A stretch of DNA of 18,516 bases from Chthoniobacteraceae bacterium (GTDB taxonomy: Bacteria > Verrucomicrobiota > Verrucomicrobiia > Chthoniobacterales > Chthoniobacteraceae): positions 1 to 18,516 of the forward strand of contig JANNWY010000220.1 of the NCBI GenBank assembly GCA_031409335.1, written 5' to 3'. Of this stretch, positions 1 to 7,154 are shown one piece after another (positions within the stretch are counted from its first letter, which is position 1; every line of letters begins with the position of its first letter). The notes below the pieces were generated by a model. It made no database searches. It was not told the DNA's origin and saw only the letters and a list, made by a program, of their open reading frames with translations. The translations under genes and the position numbers were made by a program.

Positions 1-99
1 ATCGCGGGGACACAATCGAAATGGCTTCGGCCTTCGCTGCTGACGCTGGCGATCATCGCCACCGTCCTCGCCGCGACCGGCTGCACGCCCCACCACTAA
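1..99 (+). CDS. 3' part of a tiny putative lipoprotein (5'-truncated by the window edge), ...SKWLRPSLLTLAIIATVLAATG-CTPHH*
   Basis: Frame 1 is open from base 1 to TAA at 97-99. It has a hydrophobic stretch plus lipobox-like AATG-C. Bases 16-84 align ungapped to 1746-1814 (53/69 nt identical by hand count). Not in the ORF track. Confidence 0.6.
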   Translation: MAGTQSKWLRPSLLTLAIIATVLAATGCTPHH

Positions 100-112
100 G
101 TCATCCTCCACC

Positions 113-280
113 ATGAAAACGACACTTCCATCCACACTCGCCGCGCTGAGCTTCGCCATTCTCGCAGCGATCATGTTATCCGGTTGTGCGAGCAGCGGCG
201 GTTCCGGGAGCGGAACGCACGAAATGGGTCCGCCAAAAAGCCCCTCCAGGATGTCCGATCGGGATATGCCCGGTCGCTGA
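113..280 (+). CDS. Small putative lipoprotein, 55 aa (MKTTLPSTLAALSFAILAAIMLSG-CASSGGSGSGTHEMGPPKSPSRMSDRDMPGR)
   Basis: Translated by hand: ATG 113, TGA 278-280. MK start, hydrophobic core and canonical lipobox LSGC. It fills the gap before the ALDH ATG and is below the ORF-track length cutoff. Confidence 0.75.
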   Translation: MKTTLPSTLAALSFAILAAIMLSGCASSGGSGSGTHEMGPPKSPSRMSDRDMPGR

Positions 281-306
281 GGAACTGCGCAGAGCGCCAC
301 GAAGCC

Positions 307-1689
307 ATGAGCTACCAGAGCGTTAATCCCTCCAACGGCAAAACTCTCAAGACGTTCGCGGAACTCACCGACGAGCAGCTTGAGGCGGCGCTGCAAACCG
401 CTGCGACCTGCTTCGAGAGCTGGCGGCGCACGACATTCGCCGAGCGTGCCACAGTCGCCGCCAAAGCCGCCGCGATCATGCGGGCGCGCATCGACGAGTT
501 CGCCCGCCCCGTGACGCTGGAGATGGGCAAGCTCTTCGCGCAGGCCCGCGGCGAAGTGGTCCTCAGCGCAGACATCATCGACTACTACGCGAAGAACGCC
601 GAGCGCTTCCTCGCCACGGAAACCCTCCAGCCGGGCACGGGCGAAGCCGAGGTCGAAAGCACTCCCTTCGGTGTGCTCTTCGGCGTCCAGCCTTGGAACT
701 TTCCCTACTACCAGCTCGCGCGCTTTGCCGCGCCAAATCTCATGGCGGGCAATGTCGTGATGGTGAAGCACGCGGGGTGCGTCCCACAATGCGCCATCGC
801 CTTTGAGAAGCTGTGGCTGGAGGCGGGAGCGCCAGCGGGCGCTTACACGAATCTGCTCATCTCGCATGACCAGGTGAACCGCGTCATCGACGATCCTCGG
901 ATCAAAGGTGTGGCGCTGACCGGCAGCGTGGAAGCCGGCAAAAGCGTGGCCGCGAGAGCCGGACAAAACCTCAAGAAATCCACGATGGAGCTGGGCGGCA
1001 GCGACGCCTTCATCGTGCTCGATGATGCCGACCTCGATAAGACCGTCGAGTGGGCCGTCTGGGCGAAGATGAACAACACCGGCCAGTGCTGCGTCGCGGC
1101 GAAGCGCTTCATCGTCGTCGAAGAATTGGCCGATTCCTTTCTCACAAAGTTTGGAATGGCGCTGGCGGCGCTCAAGCCCGGCGACCCGATGGACGCGGCG
1201 ACAACGCTCGGCCCGCTCTCCACGGAAGCGGCCTTGGTGCAACTGCTCGGACAAGTCGAAGAAGCCGTAGCGAAAGGTGCCGACGTGGTCATGGGTGGCA
1301 AACGCATCGACCGCCCCGGCTCGTTTATGCAGCCGACGATCCTGACAAATATCCAGCCCGGCAATCCCGCCTTCCGGGAGGAATTCTTCGGGCCGGTCGC
1401 GCTTTTGTTCCGAGTTAAGAACGAAGACGAGGCGGTGGCCCTAGCGAATGACTCGGAATTCGGTTTGGGCGGCTCGGTCTTCACCAGGGACGTGGCGCGC
1501 GGCAAACGCCTCGCGAGCCGCATCGACACAGGCATGGTCTTCATCAATCACCCGACTTGGACAACACCGGATCTGCCCTTCGGCGGCATCAAAAACTCCG
1601 GTTACGGACGCGAACTTTCCAGCATGGGCATCCAGGAGTTCGTGAACAAGAAACTCGTCCGCGTCAGTGCCATCGACGCCCCGGCATAG
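307..1689 (+). CDS. NAD(P)-dependent aldehyde dehydrogenase, succinate-semialdehyde dehydrogenase (Sad/GabD1-like) family
   Basis: Motifs QPWNFP, LTGS, MELGGSD (catalytic Glu), GQCCVA (catalytic Cys), EEFFGPV, PFGGIKNSGYGRE. Start moved to ATG 307 (MSYQSVNP) because 184-306 overlaps the small lipoprotein gene. Confidence 0.93.
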   Translation: MSYQSVNPSNGKTLKTFAELTDEQLEAALQTAATCFESWRRTTFAERATVAAKAAAIMRARIDEFARPVTLEMGKLFAQARGEVVLSADIIDYYAKNAERFLATETLQPGTGEAEVESTPFGVLFGVQPWNFPYYQLARFAAPNLMAGNVVMVKHAGCVPQCAIAFEKLWLEAGAPAGAYTNLLISHDQVNRVIDDPRIKGVALTGSVEAGKSVAARAGQNLKKSTMELGGSDAFIVLDDADLDKTVEWAVWAKMNNTGQCCVAAKRFIVVEELADSFLTKFGMALAALKPGDPMDAATTLGPLSTEAALVQLLGQVEEAVAKGADVVMGGKRIDRPGSFMQPTILTNIQPGNPAFREEFFGPVALLFRVKNEDEAVALANDSEFGLGGSVFTRDVARGKRLASRIDTGMVFINHPTWTTPDLPFGGIKNSGYGRELSSMGIQEFVNKKLVRVSAIDAPA

Positions 1690-1697
1690 CAAAAATC

Positions 1698-1916
1698 ATG
1701 AAACCAAAAAACACACTCACCGGCGCAACAAACGCGGTGACACCATCGAAATGGATACAGGCCGCGCTGATGACCTTGGCGCTCTTCGCCGCCGCCCTCG
1801 TCGTGACTGGCTGCGACCGCTCCGGCGACTCCGACCATCGCGACTCCGACCACCGCGATTCCGACCACCGCATGAATCACGGCAACCAAAACCATCCCAG
1901 CGGAGGGAACAACTAA
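1698..1916 (+). CDS. Small putative lipoprotein, 72 aa, with Asp/His-rich (DSDHR)x3 mature region
   Basis: ATG 1698 follows AAAAATC, 8 nt after the ALDH stop. Hydrophobic stretch plus VVTG-C lipobox. Mature part is CDRSGDSDHRDSDHRDSDHRMNHGNQNHPSGGNN. Confidence 0.72.
   Translation: MKPKNTLTGATNAVTPSKWIQAALMTLALFAAALVVTGCDRSGDSDHRDSDHRDSDHRMNHGNQNHPSGGNN
1827..1871 (+). repeat. 15-bp coding tandem repeat x3 (GAYTCCGACCAYCGC = DSDHR)
   Basis: gactccgaccatcgc / gactccgaccaccgc / gattccgaccaccgc. The differences are all synonymous third positions. Confidence 0.95.
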
Positions 1917-1932
1917 TCCGAAAGGACTGACT

Positions 1933-2121
1933 ATGACCAAAATCACCGAAACGACCAAAGACCCCATCTGCGGAATGACCGTGGACGAAGCCACCGCTCT
2001 CCACGCCGAACGCGATGGGAAGACCTTCTACTTTTGCAGCGACCACTGCCGGCAGAAGTTTCTGTCCACGCCCGCCGACGCAAAGCCCGAGGAAAAGTCG
2101 GGCGGCTGTTGCGGGTCTTAG
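1933..2121 (+). CDS. Stand-alone YHS-domain protein (putative Cu-binding or chaperone)
   Basis: KDPICGMTV...DGKTFYFCSDHCRQKF signature, C-terminal GGCCGS, and AAAGGA upstream. Confidence 0.88.
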   Translation: MTKITETTKDPICGMTVDEATALHAERDGKTFYFCSDHCRQKFLSTPADAKPEEKSGGCCGS

Positions 2122-2148
2122 TCCGCAATCCAACACCTGACCACACAC

Positions 2149-3303
2149 ATGAAAACACCCTACTCTTCCGCACGCACTATCGTCGCCACGGCCTTTGCTG
2201 GAGTGCTCTTCTCAGTCCTCAGCGCTGGCGACTTACCCGCGCAGACTCCGAAACCGGCTACCCCGCCGGCTGATCCCGCGACCCACGCGGCGCACGTCGC
2301 CGCAGGCAAGATGCCAGCCACGCCCGCGCCGGATGCGGCGAAGGGCAATCCCGCGCTCTCGCAAGATGTCTCGCAGTTGCAGGCGAAGATCGCGCAGCTC
2401 GAAGCCGCTCTCGCGAAAGGTGCGCCGCCGATAGCCGCTGCTCCGGCTGGTGCAGCGATGCCGGGAATGCCAGCAGCAACCCCAGCCGCCAGTCCTGCGA
2501 TGGGCATGGGGATGGGCAAAATGACACCCGGTGCCGCGATGCCGGGCATGAGCCCGGATGCCACAGTTCCACCGATGCCCGGGATGAGCGGCGCAGCGAT
2601 GCCCGCAGGACCGCCCATGAACATGATGGGCATGATGGATAAGATGATGGGGATGATGGACAAAATGATGAGCATGGGCGGCGGCGGCATGCCTGCTGCC
2701 ACACCGATGGCAGGCGGCGGCGGCGGCATGGGCATGATGGATATGGACATGATGAAGATGGGTGGCGGCGGCTCGATGCCTCCCCCACCAGCAGCGGCCA
2801 TGGCCGCCCGCGGCATGGCGATGGGAAAGGACATGATGAAGATGGCCGGGATGATGGGCATGGGTGCAATGCCCGCCGCCGCAACGGGAGCCATGCCGCA
2901 ATCCGCGCTGCCCGGCTTCCCCGGCGCATCGCACCTCTACCACCTCGGTGCGACGGACTTCTTCCTTGATCACCCGCAGCACATCGCGCTCACGACCGAG
3001 CAACAGGCCGCACTCAATAAGGCCAAGGAACAGGCGCTGCTCGCCAAGAGCACCGCGGATCGCGCCATCGAGCAAGCCGAGCAGGACCTGTGGACCCTCA
3101 CGGCTTCCGATCAGCCCGACGCCGCCAAGATCGAGGGTAAAATCGTCGAGATTGCAAAGCTGACCGGCGATGCGCGCCTCGCCTTCATCCGCGCCGTGGG
3201 CGAAGCGAGCAAACTCCTCACCGACGAGCAGCGCAAAGTTCTCACCGGTTTCGCGCCACCCACGCCCGCTACGGCTCCGATGGCCCCGATGAAAGGCATG
3301 TGA
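2149..3303 (+). CDS. Exported, extremely Met-rich protein with a C-terminal Spy/CpxP/ZraP-like (periplasmic heavy-metal sensor) helical domain
   Basis: Signal peptide ending near LPA-QTP, a short coiled coil, and about 45 Met in a Gly/Pro/Ala-rich central region. The C-domain has IALTTEQQAAL and LLTDEQRKVL (LTxxQ motifs) and a His cluster SHLYH...DHPQH. Confidence 0.82.
   Translation: MKTPYSSARTIVATAFAGVLFSVLSAGDLPAQTPKPATPPADPATHAAHVAAGKMPATPAPDAAKGNPALSQDVSQLQAKIAQLEAALAKGAPPIAAAPAGAAMPGMPAATPAASPAMGMGMGKMTPGAAMPGMSPDATVPPMPGMSGAAMPAGPPMNMMGMMDKMMGMMDKMMSMGGGGMPAATPMAGGGGGMGMMDMDMMKMGGGGSMPPPPAAAMAARGMAMGKDMMKMAGMMGMGAMPAAATGAMPQSALPGFPGASHLYHLGATDFFLDHPQHIALTTEQQAALNKAKEQALLAKSTADRAIEQAEQDLWTLTASDQPDAAKIEGKIVEIAKLTGDARLAFIRAVGEASKLLTDEQRKVLTGFAPPTPATAPMAPMKGM
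2623..2670 (+). repeat. 21-bp coding tandem repeat (MMGMMDK x2 plus MM)
   Basis: atgatgggcatgatggataag / atgatggggatgatggacaaa / atgatg. Confidence 0.85.
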
Positions 3304-3330
3304 GCGGGTAACTCAGCCGAAATCAAAAAT

Positions 3331-3939
3331 ATGAAAAGCAAACCGATAAGATGTTCCTCTCTCTCGCCTGATGCCGTCTTGGTCGCGACGGGGCGGAGGG
3401 GCTTTACGAAAACATGGACAGCCATCCTTGGGGCCGCGGGACTGGCGGTGGGAATGCTTTTCGTCCAATCCTGCTCGAAAGCGAAGGCCGGTCCAAACGG
3501 CGGTGACCTGGTGACTTTGGGTGATGGAAAAACCAACGCCGAGATCATAGCCAACTCCGACACGGGCGAGGCCATGGTTCACACATGGAATCAGGATTTG
3601 AAATCTCCGCAGCCGGTTGAAGCCAAACCGCTGACCCTCGGCACGGAGGCGAACAGCGTGCAACTGGACCCCCACCCATTACCCAGCGACCCAGCGGGCA
3701 CTTGCAGCCGCTTTTATGGGCGCGCGGATTGGCTTCGCGGCGGGAGCGTTCACCACGGCTGGTTGAGCAGCGGTGGCGGCTAATCGCAGCGGCAGCACTT
3801 TGACATGAATCGCTGCTGGAACTCCGGTCGCACGCACGGACACATGTGGTCCGAAATGGGCGGACACGGTCCCGGAATGGGAGGGCCTGGCCCTGGCTCT
3901 GGAATGGGTCAAGGCGGCCACGGAGGAATGCGCAAATGA
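3331..3939 (+). pseudogene. Putative lipoprotein interrupted by an in-frame TAA (3781-3783); read-through would add a His/Met/Gly-rich tail
   Basis: Hydrophobic segment plus FVQS-C, and a GPNGG motif. After the TAA the same frame stays open for 51 codons (SQRQHFDMNRCWNSGRTHGHMWSEMGGHGPGMGGPGPGSGMGQGGHGGMRK) to TGA 3937-3939. Confidence 0.65.
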
Positions 3940-4035
3940 GTGGACGCGGAACGCGGCGGTTGACCGTGTCCCGCCACAATATTCCGCGAATGGGAATAAG
4001 GATAAAATAGCCAAAACCTGAAACGAACATCGAGT

Positions 4036-4329
4036 ATGGAAACCACCGATCTAAAACCCGCCGAATTCTCCTGCCACGCGCCGACTGCACAGGCGGTGTT
4101 TGTGGCCGGCACTTTCAATAACTGGAACCCCGTGACGCTGCCGCTCGATCAGCAGGCGGATGGGCACTGGCGCACCGTCGTGCCGCTCCCGGCGGGCCAT
4201 CACGAATTCAAGTTCATCGTCGATGGTCAGTGGTGCTGCGAGCCCGGCTGCGAGCACGGATATAGCGGCTGCCCGCAATGCGTGCCCAACGAATGTGGCA
4301 CGATGAATCGCGTCCTGGAAGTGAGTTGA
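4036..4329 (+). CDS. Stand-alone CBM48/AMPK-beta-like glycogen-binding (early-set) domain protein with a Cys-rich insert
   Basis: APTAQAVFVAGTFNNW, GHW...LPAGHHEFKFIVDGQW and VPN.xGTMNRV pattern. Confidence 0.85.
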   Translation: METTDLKPAEFSCHAPTAQAVFVAGTFNNWNPVTLPLDQQADGHWRTVVPLPAGHHEFKFIVDGQWCCEPGCEHGYSGCPQCVPNECGTMNRVLEVS

Positions 4330-4340
4330 GAGGATGAGCG

Positions 4341-4412
4341 GTGAATCAGCACTCCACTGCCCCCGGAGCGCCGGGCATTGAGCCGCGCTGGACCTCCAGC
4401 GCCAAGGAGGGG
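4341..4412 (+). pseudogene. 5' relic (24 codons) of a GH15 glucoamylase/glucodextranase-type gene
   Basis: GTG start after AGGATGAG. APGAPGIEPRWTSSAKEG matches, from memory, the N-terminal motif of bacterial GH15 glucan 1,4-alpha-glucosidases. The similarity ends abruptly into leader-like sequence. Confidence 0.6.
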
Positions 4413-4481
4413 AGGGAGAGGATTTTCAGGTCGAGGTTTCTGCGTCAGAGCAAACCTAAAAGACAAATGGAACATCTAACT

Positions 4482-5165
4482 ATGAATGTGCTGACGATTG
4501 ATACAGGTGGCACTCACGTAAAAATCCTTGCCACCGGTGAGAAGACTCATCGGGAGTTTTCCTCCGGCCCGACACTAACGGCCAGGCGGATGGTCGCTGC
4601 CGTCAGAAAGCTGGCCGGGGAATGGAAGTATGACGTGATTTCGATTCGCCATCCGGGACTCGTGGTTCACGGACGCCCCGTTTTGGAGCCGCATAACCTC
4701 GGGTCGGGCTGGGTTGGCTTTGATTTCGCCGCAGCGTTCAAGCGCCCGGTCAAAATAGTCAACGATGCGGCCATGCAAGCCTTGGGTAACTACAAACGCG
4801 GCAAATTGCTTTTCCTGGGTCTTGGAACCGGACTCGGCTCCGCGATGATTGTGGATGGCATCGTCGTGCCGATGGAGCTGGCCCACCTGCCTTACAAGAA
4901 GGCGACTTACGAGGATTACGTGGGGATTCGCGGACTGAAGAAGCACGGCAAGAAAAGATGGCGGCGACATGTCGCAGACGTAGTGAAGCGCCTCACTGCC
5001 GCGCTCGAACCCGGTGATGTGGTGCTGGGCGGAGGCAACGTCAAGAAACTGAAGACGCTGCCTCCCGGTTGCCGCGCCAGCGACAACGCTAAGGCATTCA
5101 TCGGCGGATTCCGGCTATGGGCCAAGGCCGATGAGCCATCATCAAAGAAAGTCCGCACGACGTGA
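4482..5165 (+). CDS. ROK-family sugar kinase (polyphosphate glucokinase-like)
   Basis: IDTGGTHVK, VNDAAMQALG, LGLGTGLGSA, MELAHLPY, VVLGGGN. Start at ATG 4482 (alternative 4467). Confidence 0.85.
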   Translation: MNVLTIDTGGTHVKILATGEKTHREFSSGPTLTARRMVAAVRKLAGEWKYDVISIRHPGLVVHGRPVLEPHNLGSGWVGFDFAAAFKRPVKIVNDAAMQALGNYKRGKLLFLGLGTGLGSAMIVDGIVVPMELAHLPYKKATYEDYVGIRGLKKHGKKRWRRHVADVVKRLTAALEPGDVVLGGGNVKKLKTLPPGCRASDNAKAFIGGFRLWAKADEPSSKKVRTT

Positions 5166-5198
5166 GAGCGAAGCGGAGACGCCCTTGAAAAGACCCTT

Positions 5199-6068
5199 AT
5201 GAAATCAACATTCCAATCACTCAATCAGCGGCGCTTGATCAGCGTCGGCGCAGTTCTTTGGCTGCTGATCGGTCTGCTCTGGTCGTTGGGTCTGCGGGCG
5301 CAAACTCCCGAGGAACACGCGAGCCATCATCCCGGTGCGGTTGGTGCTCCGGCGGCTGGAGCAATGCCCGCAGCCGGTGGAGTTCCCGGTCCCGGCGGCA
5401 TGGGACCGCCGGCAGGCGTGGGGCCACCGGCGGGTGCGGGAGGCATGATGGGGGGCGGCATGGGCGAGATGATGGATGGCATGATGAAGAAAATGGGCGT
5501 GCCGCCGCCGAAGGAACTCTATCCGACGCTCATGGCGTTGCCGGAGCTTTCGCCCGAGCAGCGCACGCAAGTCGAGACGCAAGCCAGTGGGCGGATGCAC
5601 ACGGGCACGGTCTTGATGGGACAAGCGCTCGACGCGCTCAACGCGGGCACTGCGTCCGATAACTACGCCGCAATGCACGATGCCATGACCCAGATGCGCG
5701 AAGGCATCGCGCAACTGGAGAGCGGCATCGCCGCACGCCGCGCGCTGGCGGAAGGCCGTGCCCCGCGCGACGTGGCGCTGGCGTGGTTCAAGCAGGAGAT
5801 GAGCCTCTCGCTCGCCGCCGCGCCAGTGGCGCATCAGCGGGCGGGAGTCACGGTATTTCACCTCTTCGCGATGGTGCTGCTGATTGCGTTCGCGCTCGCC
5901 ATGGTCGCCATGTATTTCTTCAAGATGCGCCGTGCGGCGGCGCTCTTTGGGCGGATCGAAGCGGGCAAGGGAGCACCGCCGCCGGGATCGGCACCGGAGC
6001 TTGCGGGCGGCAAACCTGCGTCCGGCGACAAACCAGCCACTCCTGCCGATCAGCCTGCTGCACCATGA
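5199..6068 (+). CDS. Membrane-anchored exported His/Met-rich protein of unknown function
   Basis: Signal peptide (LRA-QTP), EEHASHH, a Gly/Met tract (MMGGGMGEMMDGMMKKMG), a helical domain, and a C-terminal TM helix followed by KMRR and a Pro/Ala tail. The stop overlaps the next start (ATGA 6065-6068). Confidence 0.8.
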   Translation: MKSTFQSLNQRRLISVGAVLWLLIGLLWSLGLRAQTPEEHASHHPGAVGAPAAGAMPAAGGVPGPGGMGPPAGVGPPAGAGGMMGGGMGEMMDGMMKKMGVPPPKELYPTLMALPELSPEQRTQVETQASGRMHTGTVLMGQALDALNAGTASDNYAAMHDAMTQMREGIAQLESGIAARRALAEGRAPRDVALAWFKQEMSLSLAAAPVAHQRAGVTVFHLFAMVLLIAFALAMVAMYFFKMRRAAALFGRIEAGKGAPPPGSAPELAGGKPASGDKPATPADQPAAP

Positions 6069-7150
6069 GCGATCTGCCTCCAGAAAAGGCCGCGCCGCCT
6101 TTGACTGCGAACTGGCGCGGGCAGCTTCGCGTGGGGAGCGTCATCAAGGAAACACCGAACGTGAAGACGTTCCGGCTGCTTCCTTCATCCGGCGATCACT
6201 TCCTCCCTTTCACCTTTGTGCCCGGTCAATTCCTCAACCTCGCGTTCTGGATTGGCGGCGCGCGGATGAACCGCTCCTACTCCATTTCATCCTCTCCGAA
6301 CCAGCATGAATACGTCGATCTGACCGTGCGACGCGAGCCGCGCGGAGCAGTGTCGCGTCATATCGTTGACCTGCTCAAGGTGGGCGACACAATCGAAGCA
6401 GGTGGCCCGGTCGGAAAATTTACTTTCACCGGAAAAGAGGCGGACAGCATCGTCCTCATTTCCGGCGGCGTGGGCATCACGCCGATGGTCAGCATTAGTC
6501 GCTATCTCACGGAGCAGTCATGGCCCGGTGACATCTTCTTCATCTACGCGTGCCGCACTCCGGCCGACTATATTCTGGCGGATGCCATCGCCGCGCTTGA
6601 ACGCGAGAATCCCAAGCTTCACGTCATTGTCACCATGACCCGTCCCGAGGGGACGGATTGGAAAGGCCCGCGCGGACATCTGACCGAGGAGCTACTCACG
6701 CAGTCTGTTCCCGATCTTACTTCGCGGAGAATCCACCTCTGCGGCCCGGTTCCGATGATGGACGCGACCAAAGCGCTCCTAGCCGAGTTGGGAGTTCCGC
6801 CGGAACAACTCAAGACCGAAGCATTCGGCACACCCAAACCCACCCCGGCTGCCGCGGGAACCACAGCCAAACCTACTGTCTCAGCAACGGGACCGCAGGT
6901 CACGTTTTCCAACAATAACAAGTCGGCGAAGATCCACGATGGTCAGACCGTGCTCGAACTTTCTGAGGAACTCGGCATCGGAATCCAGTTCTCCTGCCGC
7001 GTCGGCACCTGTGGCGTGTGCAAGGTGAAGATGACTTCCGGCGAGGTCACGATGGCAGTCGAGGACTCACTCGACGCCGATGATAAGACCAACGGCATCA
7101 TCCTCGCCTGTCAGGCCATCCCGAAAGGCGACATAGCCGTCGAAGCGTAG
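6065..7150 (+). CDS. FAD/NAD(P)H ferredoxin-reductase-type oxidoreductase with a C-terminal 2Fe-2S domain (Hcr/PaaE-like architecture)
   Basis: RSYSISS, GAVS, ISGGVGITPM, HLCGP, EAF, and CRVGTCGVC...LAC. ATG 6065 is coupled to the upstream TGA. Confidence 0.92.
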   Translation: MSDLPPEKAAPPLTANWRGQLRVGSVIKETPNVKTFRLLPSSGDHFLPFTFVPGQFLNLAFWIGGARMNRSYSISSSPNQHEYVDLTVRREPRGAVSRHIVDLLKVGDTIEAGGPVGKFTFTGKEADSIVLISGGVGITPMVSISRYLTEQSWPGDIFFIYACRTPADYILADAIAALERENPKLHVIVTMTRPEGTDWKGPRGHLTEELLTQSVPDLTSRRIHLCGPVPMMDATKALLAELGVPPEQLKTEAFGTPKPTPAAAGTTAKPTVSATGPQVTFSNNNKSAKIHDGQTVLELSEELGIGIQFSCRVGTCGVCKVKMTSGEVTMAVEDSLDADDKTNGIILACQAIPKGDIAVEA

Positions 7151-7154
7151 CCCT

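Noticed and set aside
184..306. N-terminal extension of the ALDH in the ORF track
   Set aside because: It overlaps the lipobox ORF at 113-280, and ALDH-like sequence begins at ATG 307.
1827..1871. Tandem repeats as a CRISPR array
   Set aside because: The 15-bp units have no spacers, are in-frame coding, and no cas genes are present.
2160..3075. His-rich and Ile/Pro-rich antisense ORFs (2233-3075, 2160-2894)
   Set aside because: They are mirror images of the ATG-rich sense gene (CAT = His).
3781..3783. Programmed recoding (Sec/Pyl) or an alternative genetic code at the internal stop
   Set aside because: The codon is TAA rather than TGA or TAG, and TAA ends other genes here (1916, 9618, 15782).
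3940..3977. Imperfect GC-rich hairpin after the read-through stop
   Set aside because: Mismatched stem and no U-tract.
5783..6064. N-terminal extension of the reductase
   Set aside because: It lies inside the 5199-6068 gene in another frame. The ATGA coupling points to 6065.
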